DNA of 61,648 bases, counting the filler, from Choristocarpus tenellus KU-1152 (Eukaryota; Protista; Phaeophyceae): the NCBI GenBank assembly GCA_964200185.2. It is 8 parts of 8 records of this genome, joined end to end, with 100 filler letters (N's around TTAATTAATTAA, not from the genome) between each part and the next. Parts side by side here need not be neighbours in the genome. Positions count along the whole stretch, not along the records: positions 50,680 to 53,607 come from CAXNAD020023586.1; positions 53,708 to 58,692 come from CAXNAD020012274.1; positions 58,793 to 61,648 come from CAXNAD020024166.1; 5 more parts are not named here. One strand, 5' to 3'. Each line of letters begins with the position of its first letter. Position 1 is the first letter of the stretch. The position numbers and the translations under genes were made by a program. Shown in pieces: positions 51,889-61,648 of this stretch. The notes beneath the pieces are model-generated. The model saw only the letters and a program-made list of their open reading frames with translations. It ran no database searches and was not told the origin of the DNA.

Positions 51889-53373
51889 ATGTTCTCCTTC
51901 AAGAAGGCATGTCGACTGCTCCTTGCGGCCCTCCTTGTGGCTGTCGTCGTTTTTGTACCGTTTGCAGAGGTGAGAAGGGGGTTGTATCTGAGGCACGGGG
52001 AGAAATGAATAATGAGTGGATTTTTTGTTACATATGGCTTGTTATCACAGATCGTCCTTGTGCCCCCTCCTTTGCTTGGGGCTCTCACTATGGATTGGCT
52101 GTTGCTGTCATTTCTACAGAGAGAGGGACTGATGTTCCTGATCTAAACGAGAATATTACTTGAACGCCTCATTGCAGCATATGCAGGAAACGCACAGATC
52201 ACCGCATCCATGTGAATCAATACTGATTGATACCCAACAACCTTAGGGCTCCGATGCCGAGGTTGCGGATGTGGCCACAGAGGAAGTCGGAGTTGAAATT
52301 GATGGTGCGGAAGAGGATGACGAGCCCGTCGATGTTGCTGAGGTGGTAGTGCTATCCAGTGTCAACTTCGAGCACCTAACCCAGGCATCCACTGGTGCAA
52401 CCACAGGCGACTGGTTCGTGAGTGAGTTTCTGATGAGCCTTCAACCTTTCAATCGACTTAGGGGATATTGTATGTTAATTTGCATTGAAACCTGGTGCGT
52501 TTGTTCGCTACTTGCAGGGCTTGATTTAGGATATTCCAAAGCCAAACTACCAATGTGGACTCTCCCTCTGTTACTGTGGTATTTTATACGTATCACCCAA
52601 CAAAGTCGTGCTATCTTACTACCAATTTTCCTCCTCCCTCCTCATCCACCTGCTCATGCAGAGTATATCTCCATTTGGTGTCTTGTCTGACCCCTTAAAA
52701 AAACCCCGACGTCTTGCTGTTGTTCTTTGCCTGGATACTATTTTCTGGTGCATGGATACCTCTCCTGTGGTGGTAACGGTTCGCCTGGTAATGGTACGAA
52801 CCTGCCCCATACGTCCTACATCGACTGTTGTAATGACTGTCTTGCAGAGTTCTACGCTCCATGGTGTGGTAAGTTCCCCATTTTCATTTTCTGTTAAAAA
52901 CCAGTCAATCCCAAGCGTTGCCCTCATGGTACTCGACTTTGCCTCCCCAGAGCGTGATTTGCAGAGCACTCTGTGGTCTATATTGTGACCTTGCGTGCTG
53001 TTACGTCATGGAATTGTGCCAATGCAAGCCTCCAGTTTCTAGTACCTATTTCTTCAGATCAGTAAGGAATAGAGCGCCAAGAGTGTTTGAAGTGGTGGTC
53101 TTCTGCTTTGAATCAACGGCATCCAGAAAATGTCATTGGGTGCTCTTTTACAGGCACAGTTGACACCGCCTCCTGCTTTATTTGCACATCGAAATTATGG
53201 TAATTGCTGGGTGTACCTGGAAACGTACCATTTTTTTGCTGTTAACCCCTGTATCTTCCTTGTCCTCATCACACATCGCACATCACACATCTTGCCTCAC
53301 ATCTGTGCTCGATACCTCAGGCCACTGCAAGAAGATGGCGCCTTTGTGGGACGAGCTCGCAGGAAAGCTCACA
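51889..53373 (+). CDS. Thioredoxin-domain protein of the PDI family (signal peptide, WCGHC active site); 3' truncated
   Basis: Exons 51889-51969 (MFSFKKACRLLLAALLVAVVVFVPFAE), 52247-52421, 52848-52868 and 53321-53373 give [50 protein letters not shown]. Confidence 0.92.
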
Positions 53374-54827
53374 GTGAGAGCTTATTTTTGTTTTTGGTTC
53401 TAAAGAAAATCTGATCCCTTCTTTGGTGTCCTGTTGGATTTTTTTTATTCCAAGAACTACGATACCTTCTGTACCTATGTATGTCCTCAACACAGACTCA
53501 CTATATACACATATCTATATATACACATATCTCCACTTCTTTTTTTTTGTTTTGGTGTAACTAGTTTACTTTATGTGTCACGAAACTGTTAACAACCTGC
53601 CCCCCCCNNNNNNNNNNNNNNNNNNNNNNNNNNNNNNNNNNNNNNNNNNNNTTAATTAATTAANNNNNNNNNNNNNNNNNNNNNNNNNNNNNNNNNNNNN
53701 NNNNNNNGTGTGTGTGTGAAACATGCATGGAAATGCCAATTAGTGAAAAGAGCACCACCCCCCCCACACCCCTCCCCCCTGTAGCCCCACAAATGAGATT
53801 TGGAAAGAAGAGCTGCACTTCAAGAGATGATAATTTTTTTGTGGGGGTTCGACTGAGTGTCTGAGTTGTGTCTCTGTGTCTTTCCCATGCCTGAGAGATC
53901 AAAATGGAGTTGTAGTTGCTTGCAGGGCGGTGAGTATGTACAGAAACACATCTGTCTACGATTCTACAGCCATACTCGGTAGGAGAACACATTGTGTATA
54001 TCGATAGGAGTGATAGATCTTTTCTCAGGCGTTTGCTGAAAATCATTTGGGTGTGAAGAACTGTGATGTATTCTGATGGTGCCTACACAATGCAGGGAAA
54101 GAGCATGGACTGTTCCACTGGAGGGACTGAATCTACTGGCCACAATGTCAAGGTTGAAGCGCAGGATACCAGCCTAGATAAGCTTTCGTTGCATGCAGCT
54201 AAGGTGACACACCCCACTATGTGTAGATACAATCGTTGTATTTCTCATAAGGCGATGAAATGGAAGGACTGGTGTGTTAGATGGAGCTCTTGGGTTAATG
54301 AAAGCTGAATGAATCCGATTTGACTGTGGATTGGTCCTGGCTTTTTGTTCTGCATCAAGTACCTAGTATGGTACTACGCTCTGCATTAGGGTTAGGGTTA
54401 TAATTTATTGTTCGAAGTGTTCACATTATCACCTTCAATCTCCATAATTGTTACTAGTTCTATTTTGTATATTTTTTACCAACATTATTTTTTCAAAATA
54501 ATCTTTTAGTGTTGTTTCCCAGTGATATTTCCATTATTTTTGTGGTTACGGTTCCATCCTGATCGATGAAACAAAAAAATATTGGTAATAATTATTATTA
54601 TTATTGTTAAAAAAATATAAAATCTGTGTCACGATTTCAAAATTTAGTGACCATTGCTATTATTATTATTATTATTATTATTATTTTAAGTAATCTTTAC
54701 TTTCATCATCATTTCCACTGATATTATTTCTAGTGTAATTATTACTTTGGTGGTATGTCTTGCCCAGCAAAACAAAAAAACTCATTATGTATGCAGTTGA
54801 GATACGTCCCACAAATCTTCCTGTGAT

Positions 54828-55007
54828 GACCTAACTTCTGTTATCTCCTTGACCTGACTTTGCCTTGGCCTGACTTTGCCTTGGCCTGACTTTGCCTTGG
54901 CCTGACTTTGCCTTGGCCTGACTTTGCCTTGGCCTGACTTTGTCTTGGCCTGACTTTGCCTTGACCTAACTTTTGTTATCTCCTTGACCTGACTTTGCCT
55001 TGACCTG
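54828..55007. repeat. 16-bp tandem repeat (CCTGACTTTGCCTTGG, ~7 copies) bracketed by a duplicated GACCTAACTTYTGTTATCTCCTTGACCTGAC segment
   Basis: Directly visible. Confidence 0.9.
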
Positions 55008-55354
55008 CCCCTCCACTTTTTTTTTGTTGGTATGTTTCAGAACTTTGACATAGCGTTTGAATTGTTTGAAGATAATTGAAGATAATTGAAGATAATTGTT
55101 TGAAATACTTCTTTCGTAGATGGAAAATTACTGTGAGGACAGAGGATTTGTTGAATTAGCATGCAGTTTGTTCTGTCTCTGTGTAGCAGTCCATAGGTGG
55201 GTATACGCTCCTTCAGGTCTCTTTGTAGGTTTATTTGTTAATTTATTTGTTAATTCGAAAGCCATGTGCGCATGCATGTGTGTGGTGCAAATATATAGCC
55301 AGTGTTTGTTGACGACCTGTAGACATATTTTGACACCAAATAAGTCAGTATGGC

Positions 55355-55508
55355 GATATAGATAGTGTGATATAGATAGTGTGGTATAGATAGTGTGATA
55401 TAGATAGTGTGGTATAGATAGTGTGGTATAGATAGTGTGATATAGATAGTGTGGTATAGATAGTGTGATATAGATAGTGTGATATAGATAGTGTGATATA
55501 GATAGTGT
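55355..55508. repeat. 14-bp tandem repeat (GRTATAGATAGTGT), ~11 copies
   Basis: Directly visible. Confidence 0.9.
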
Positions 55509-55675
55509 CGCTGGTGTACTGTTACTGATGTACAGTTATACTGGTAGTGTGTAAGCTCTTAACTCTCATTACACCCTGATTGGTTTGTTTCACAGTCATA
55601 ATGAAAAACTAGACTCCTATTTCCATGTTTTTCATATCTCCGTTTGAGATACATATCACTCCTGAAATATGCATG

Positions 55676-55741
55676 CATACATACATATATACATACATAC
55701 ATACATACATATATACATACGTATGTACATACATACATACA

Positions 55742-55775
<34 letters not shown>

Positions 55776-55878
55776 CATACATACATACATATACATACAT
55801 ATATACATACATACATATACATACATATATACATACATACATACATACATAAATACATAAATACATAAATACATACAT
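55676..55878. repeat. (CATA)n-type microsatellite; similar tracts at 3122-3161 and 47155-47242
   Basis: Directly visible. Confidence 0.95.
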
Positions 55879-56558
55879 TTATGTTTGCCTTATTCTGTTT
55901 GAATTTGTTGCCAGAATCCTTTCTTGTATTTTGAAAAAGGATATAGTAGGACCGGTTTTCTTTCTTTTGGAAGTGGTGGGATGGGAGAGAGGATCGTAGT
56001 AGTGTGAAGTGGTGTCTCATTATAGACAAATCAAAATGAGGAAAAAAAAAAGTGTTTTTGCACTCTTGAAGACAGAATACTTCTAACTGGCATCTGCTAT
56101 CTCAGTAAGATTTTTTTTAAAGATGATGGTTTAGGTTGGAGCTTTTGTTTTGCGTTGAGAGTCCCCCCCCCCTTCCCCCTCCTAGTTTTGGGAACAAATG
56201 AAGTATGGTACCCCTGATGAGCAGTGGAGTCCATGATTCCTCTAAATTCAACTATTACAAAAAAATGGATCTTTATTGACCTCCCCTACCTAGAGCATAA
56301 GATTTCATTTTTTTTTTTCCTGATAAAAACAAAAAGCTTTTATACCAAAGAAGAACAATAAACGCTCCTACGTCCGTAACCGCCTCACTCAAATTCATAC
56401 AGGCTTGACTTGACACCCTCTTGATTATTTTCGACATGATTTCTATTTATTTTCTTTTTTTTCTCCCAACAGGTGGATGGAAGTGGACACAACCACAACT
56501 GCCCTTTACGCCCTATAAATAATAACGCCAATGATAATTCCCGGGAAAGAAAAGAGTG

Positions 56559-56594
56559 CCCTAACCCTAACCCTAACCCTAACCCTAACCCTAA
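56559..56594. repeat. Interstitial telomere-type repeat (CCCTAA)6, the longest of many short tracts in the window
   Basis: Directly visible. Confidence 0.95.
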
Positions 56595-56668
56595 TCACGA
56601 AAGAAGGCGTCAATGCCGTCCTAAATACGCCTACGTATTTTCATCTGCACCGGCTCTAATGCTTGTAG

Positions 56669-56899
56669 GACGCTGGCGACGATGAGGTGGGGGGCGGTGG
56701 TGGAGGCATGGACATATTTGGGGGCAGTCTTGGGCAGAGGGGAGAAAGTGATATGTCAGTGAAGCAAGGGGAGCAAGAATTGACGGGAAAACGCACTATG
56801 CCGCCCATGCCTAACCTCAGGAATTTTTCTTCTATGTCAATCCCATCTACTTTGGGGTTTTCTTGGAAGGATGTGGAGAACGTGGGGGTGTCTGTCAAG
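56669..56899 (+). CDS. Isolated internal exon of an unidentified gene (possible partner exon at 54096-54203)
   Basis: GC-rich island in AT-rich DNA, bounded by TTGTAG| and AAG|GTGAGG, with an open phase-0 frame DAGDDEVGGGGGGMDIFGG...LGFSWKDVENVGVSVK. Confidence 0.55.
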
Positions 56900-57811
56900 G
56901 TGAGGAGGCGTTTTTGGTGTGACTGTGTTGGTTGGGTGTGTGAGTGTGTGTCTAGAAGAAGAAATGTATCGTTTTTTTTTTAATGTATGTAGGTATATAA
57001 ATATATATATATATAGGGTTAGGGTTAGGGTTATTGCTCCGCAGCATTGATTTGTTGCTATACATGTGTTCTTCATTCTTATTATTCTTCACAGTGTACG
57101 CAGTTCTCTAGGTGTGGTGGAATGGTGGAATGATGGAATGATGGAATGGCGGAATGGAAGGATGTGGACAAAGCGCCAAGAAAGTGAATTGATTTGAATT
57201 GATTTGGCACATGCGGTGGTTTGATCAACTCAACTGCGCAAATTGACTTCTAAAGAAGAATGTAAAGATAGAATACAAAAATAGAACATACAAAGCAATA
57301 CAAAACATACAAAGCAAGGATAGAATACAAGAATAGAGCACAAGAATAGAATACCAGAACAGAATACAAATAGAGTGCAAATAGAATGTAAATAGAATGT
57401 AAATAGAATGTAAATATAATACAAATAGAATGTAAATAGAATGTAAATAGAATTTAAATAGAATACAAGAACAGAATACAAATAGAGTGCAAATAGAGTG
57501 TAAATAGAATGTAAATAGAAAATTGCCGTTGCGAGGGGAAACCAAAGGAGATAAAATAAAATAAAAAATAGCATCTCCGCCACGTGTTTTTTTGTATCCC
57601 TGAGGAAAAGAATAAAAAACAATATAAGAAAAAAAAATAATCGAGTTGCAGACCATGCTCTCACCTGAGGTCCCTCTGGTTACGTTGATTAGAGTGTGGA
57701 TTTCCACATTTTTTTTTTCTTTCAAATGCTTGGAGTTGTGATGAAAGAGGCTTTCCTTACCCAATGAAGATGTTGGAGAGTACACTGCGAAAGCAAGCAG
57801 GTTTTGTTGGT

Positions 57812-57957
57812 TCAATTGATAATACGTTACCTTCAATTGATAATAGATTACCTTCAATTGATAATACATTACCTTCAATTGATAATAGATTACCTTCAAT
57901 TGATAATACATTACCTTCAATTGATAATAGATTACCTCCAATTGATAGTACATTACC
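57812..57957. repeat. 21-bp minisatellite (TTCAATTGATAATASATTACC), 7 copies with alternating variants
   Basis: Directly visible. Confidence 0.92.
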
Positions 57958-58061
57958 CACAGTAATTTTACCTCGCTGTTAACTCACTTGGGGTTTGAGA
58001 GGGATCCAATCGGTCGGGTAGAATAGAGTGTCAAACAGAGCCGTAGACTGTGTCGGAGTGC

Positions 58062-58231
58062 TAAGAATTAACCTTAAGAGTTAACCTTAAGGATTAACCT
58101 TAAGAGTTAACCTTAAGGATTAACCTTAAGAGTTAACCTTAAGGATTAACCTTAAGAATTAACCTTAAGGATTAACCTTAAGAATTAACCTTAAGAATTA
58201 ACCTTAAGAATTAACCTTAAGAGTTAACCTT
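58062..58231. repeat. 13-bp tandem repeat (TTAACCTTAAGRR), ~13 copies
   Basis: Directly visible. Confidence 0.92.
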
Positions 58232-58643
58232 GGTTGCTGAGGGTGCTGTGTGCAAACCAAGGGAAACTTTATTTCTTTCTTTCCGGAGGGAAAATCGCCA
58301 AGGGAAACACGCCTGCTCAGGGTGTGAAACACCGCATATAACTGGAGTCAAGTAAAAACCTTGAATGATCCTAGTTACCTTGTTACCCCTTGAAACATCC
58401 TTGTTACCTTGTTACCTTGTTAGTGTGGAAAGTTGAACATGTTCCGCAGTTTGCATTTGTGTGATTTAGCTTGGTGTGTGACAAAGTGTTGGTATTATGG
58501 TGAGTATGTGATAGTAACAATAAACAGCATTTTGTTAATTTTGTTAGTTTTGTTAATTTTGTTAATTTTGTTAATTTTGTTAATTTTGTTTTGGGGGTTA
58601 CAATACTTGTGCGTCTAGAAAGTGTGTGCAGAAGCGCTGGTGA

Positions 58644-58692
<49 letters not shown>

Positions 58693-58792
58693 NNNNNNNN
58701 NNNNNNNNNNNNNNNNNNNNNNNNNNNNNNNNNNNNTTAATTAATTAANNNNNNNNNNNNNNNNNNNNNNNNNNNNNNNNNNNNNNNNNNNN

Positions 58793-61628
58793 GGAAGTCA
58801 CTGGGAGAGGCGGGTATGGGCTGGGGGGCTGGGAAGATTCATCCCCAGATTCTGCTTCCCCATCCCCCCCTCCATGACTGTCACGCCTCGCCACAGCTGC
58901 CCAGCTCCCCACAACTGAAGACGCTGCACTGACTTGTCTCCTTGAAGGTGAGGACGAGCGGGCGGGTGCTACAACTGCACCTTGAGCTGCTGATGAACGA
59001 TTGTGTCTAAACGTGAATGCTGGTGGCTTCAGCGGAAGTCTCTGGGGTGTTGGCTCCCCCCGTCCCCGTGCCGACCCCTCAAATGCTGCAGCAGCTGCAG
59101 CCTCTACCATTGCTGCTGCAGCACTGGCAGCGGCCGCAGATGCTGCGTCGCGCGAACGGGTATCCCCCCCACCCCCTCCACTGCCTTCTCCACCCTCCTG
59201 TTGCATTGCTGCAACAGCTGCAGCTGCAGCTGTGGCATTGGCAACTACCTCCCGTGCCAAGGCTCGGCGGTTCATTATCCCCTCCACTGAAGCTGCTGTT
59301 GCCGCATCTGCCACAGCTGCAACAGCAGCATCTTGCTCGTCCCTAGACTTGATACTCTGGCGCGGCACCCTGTAGATCCTCGACGTGGCTCTAGAGGCCG
59401 ATGCTGATGTAACAGTAGACGTCGAGACTGAAGCCACCCCTGAGGCCGAGTTTAGCGCCAGGGCTACAGTTGGCGCCAGGGAGTCACCGTGTCGTGATTG
59501 TATAGACGCCATGATTCGTTCAATTGAATCTGAGCGGGGTCGGGGCAACCCATCAGAAGCAGACCCGGAAACCGGAGCAACTACAGCAGCACGATCAGGG
59601 GCTCTCGCTTCCCCTGCCAGCTCATGCAGTTCGTCGAAGGCCAGGAGGGTTGCCCGTGCCGATGAGTCCAAAGCTGCGGACAATGGTACCTGGTGAGCAC
59701 TGCCAGTCACATTCCAGAGGTCTCCCCTGGTTCCCGACCCCGACCCTAACAGAGCTCTCAACCTTGTCTTTGTGGATGCTTCTGCCCCTAATCGGCTCCT
59801 CCTCGCAGTAGCGTCTTGTACAGCTTGAGCATGTAGGCGTGAGTGAGGATCAGGCGTGCCAGAGTTGCTGCCTTGCTTCAATACAAGTGCTCCAGGTAAC
59901 CATCCCTGTGCAAGCCTTCTCAGCGTTGATGTCACCGCCTCTCTCTCTAGCTCATCCTCAGCTGTTGTCCCACGGCCGGATCTCCCCTCCCCAATCCCAC
60001 TCCACCCTCCTCCCCTGTAGACAGCGGGGCCAGATAGAGCAGAAACAGCTTTAAGGACCTGTGGTCGCAGTATCTCCAGCTCTGATCTTGCTTGGTGCAT
60101 AGTCACCTCGTACTGATCTATCAGTCGGATGGCTTCAACCCTCTCTCCCTGCAGGGGTGTTAGTTAGCACAGGGATACACCACGGGATAAGGGAACCAGG
60201 TAGAGCGTTGGGGGGTGGGGGAAGTAGGAGAGGATACGTGCGTGCGGGAGCTCTAGATATTCACCCACTCTATTCTGCCCAAAATGCAAAGCACCTCATA
60301 TTCTTAAAAGACCACTCTACCGCCATACCCTTCTCTACTCCAAGGCATAAGAGTCCCTCATTTTGTTCATTGTCAGTCATCATCATCATCAGAACATCAT
60401 CCACATAAAGGAGTGTACCTCAGTTGTGATCGGGATAACGTTGCTTGCCACCACTGCCGCCACTCTGAAGGAAATGTGAGCATAAGCACAATAGCCGCAC
60501 TCCACACACAAGAACGCCTCCAGCGATTCGTAGTTGATGTGCCGGCACTGTCATGACACGGATGTATGCAACACAAGGATGTCACCAATGAAAAAATTGG
60601 GGGGAGAATGACCACGGAAAATGATTAGTGTGAGGCGTGTAGTTGAGGACAACCTAGAGATTGGTTTGAGGGATAGTTGGAGCAGTTGTCATGGCATTAC
60701 AACAACTTAATGAGTAGAAATCCCCCCCCCGAGTATCCACATAACTACAGGCCATTCCAATCCCCAAACTTCCTAGAAGGGCCATGTATATATATACGTA
60801 TGTATTGTAAGATAGTCTATGTATCCTTATGCAGACACTACTGTACCAAGGGCAAGCACATAGTTGAGAGTAGAGCACATGGCAACGCTTCAACTCAGAT
60901 GCTGCAGGATAAAATCACTCTCATTGTTGGAAATGTTGGTGCATGCCCATGCCCTACAAACAAACAAACAAAACACACCATGTGCTACCTCACAACAACA
61001 ACAACAACACAGAAGGAAAAGACATTCATGGTGGACCGGCCTCAAACATAACTTCTTACACACAGGCGAGAACCTACTTACCCCTCCAAAATCTGCACAG
61101 GAAGCCATCACACACATTTGCAACACAATGTCAAACCCCACACCATTCAGGCCTTAACACACACTCTCCCTTCCCCGCCTCTTGCCACCAACACCAAAAG
61201 CACATGGCTGGGGGCAAAACATGTGATAGGGAAAATTAACAGACCTCACACCCAACTTCTGAACACGCGGTCTTATCCCCATCCCCCATGACCCTCATTC
61301 CTCGAACACAAACTTATCTCACCTGCCGACACTGGAAGGCAACCTCCCCACACTGACGGCAAACGCCATGCATGTCAGTGACAGCCCTACCACAGCGGGG
61401 GCAATGTAACGTTCCAGACCCAAATCCTCCCCTCCCACCACACCTGCCCTCTGTATGACCTGCAGAGCCCCCCTTTCCCCCCAGCGCACTGCCGCCGCCA
61501 CTGCTGGTGCCACCCGTTGGTCCACCCCTTGATAGATCCGGATGGAAGTCAGCAAACTCAATCATGAGATTGGCGCAGTTGAGTGGCAGGGGAAGATCCA
61601 CTTGCACTGAGTTCTTGTCCCTTGGGAC
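58793..61628 (-). CDS. UBR4: UBR4/BIG (p600) E3/E4 ubiquitin ligase, internal exons including the Cys-rich zinc-binding region; partial
   Basis: Exons 61323-61628, 60419-60547 and 58793-60148 read VDLPLPLNCANLMIEFADF...TLHCPRCGRAVTDMHGVCRQCGEVAFQCRQCRHINYESLEAFLCVECGYCAY...LRPQVL. This matches the UBR4/BIG pattern LQCPRCS...GVCxNCxExxxQCxxCRxINYExxxxFLCNxCGxxxY. Confidence 0.93.
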
Positions 61629-61648
61629 CTGTCGCATAAAAAAAAACA

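Noticed and set aside
55559-57953. Hydrophobic or Tyr/Val/Cys/Met-rich ORFs
   Set aside because: They are translations of (CATA)n and AT-rich minisatellites.
54828-58231. Regular short repeats suggestive of a CRISPR-like array
   Set aside because: The units are head-to-tail with no unique spacers and there are no cas genes. They are ordinary minisatellites.
5054-58792. Recurrent TTAATTAATTAA flanked by Ns, and any gene neighbourhood spanning these points
   Set aside because: These are artificial concatenation linkers. Genes on different contigs (for example MINDY and UBR4, or the flippase and BLTP2) cannot be treated as a linked system.

Overview
This is not one continuous locus. It is eight short eukaryotic contigs (1-5053, 5154-9924, 10025-22946, 23047-33067, 33168-50579, 50680-53607, 53708-58692, 58793-61648) joined by artificial 100-bp N-TTAATTAATTAA-N linkers. 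The DNA is intron-rich and repeat-rich. RTE-type LINE relics, abundant short (CCCTAA)n tracts and the gene set suggest a photosynthetic stramenopile, possibly a brown alga or close relative (inference). Most ORF-track entries are spurious, so I rebuilt genes by hand from GT/GC-AG splice sites and exon phase. Recognisable genes, mostly partial: a P4-type ATPase flippase, a SANT/Myb-MINDY3/4 deubiquitinase, a divergent bifunctional-nuclease (DUF151)-like protein head-to-head with a small SHIPPO-like protein, the 3' end of a BLTP2/FMP27/SABRE lipid-transfer protein (with a GC-AG intron), a WCGHC thioredoxin/PDI protein and UBR4/BIG. Two large genes match no family I recognise. One encodes an EF-hand-like + long coiled-coil + C-terminal CaaX protein; the other encodes a secreted Cys-containing protein with a long Asp-Gly repeat. 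Mobile DNA includes a decayed RTE LINE, a ~260-bp MITE family with ~24-bp TIRs and an inverted retroposon-tail pair. CpG is depleted in gene bodies and undepleted at gene 5' ends. I found no rRNA, tRNA, CRISPR array or prokaryote-like system.
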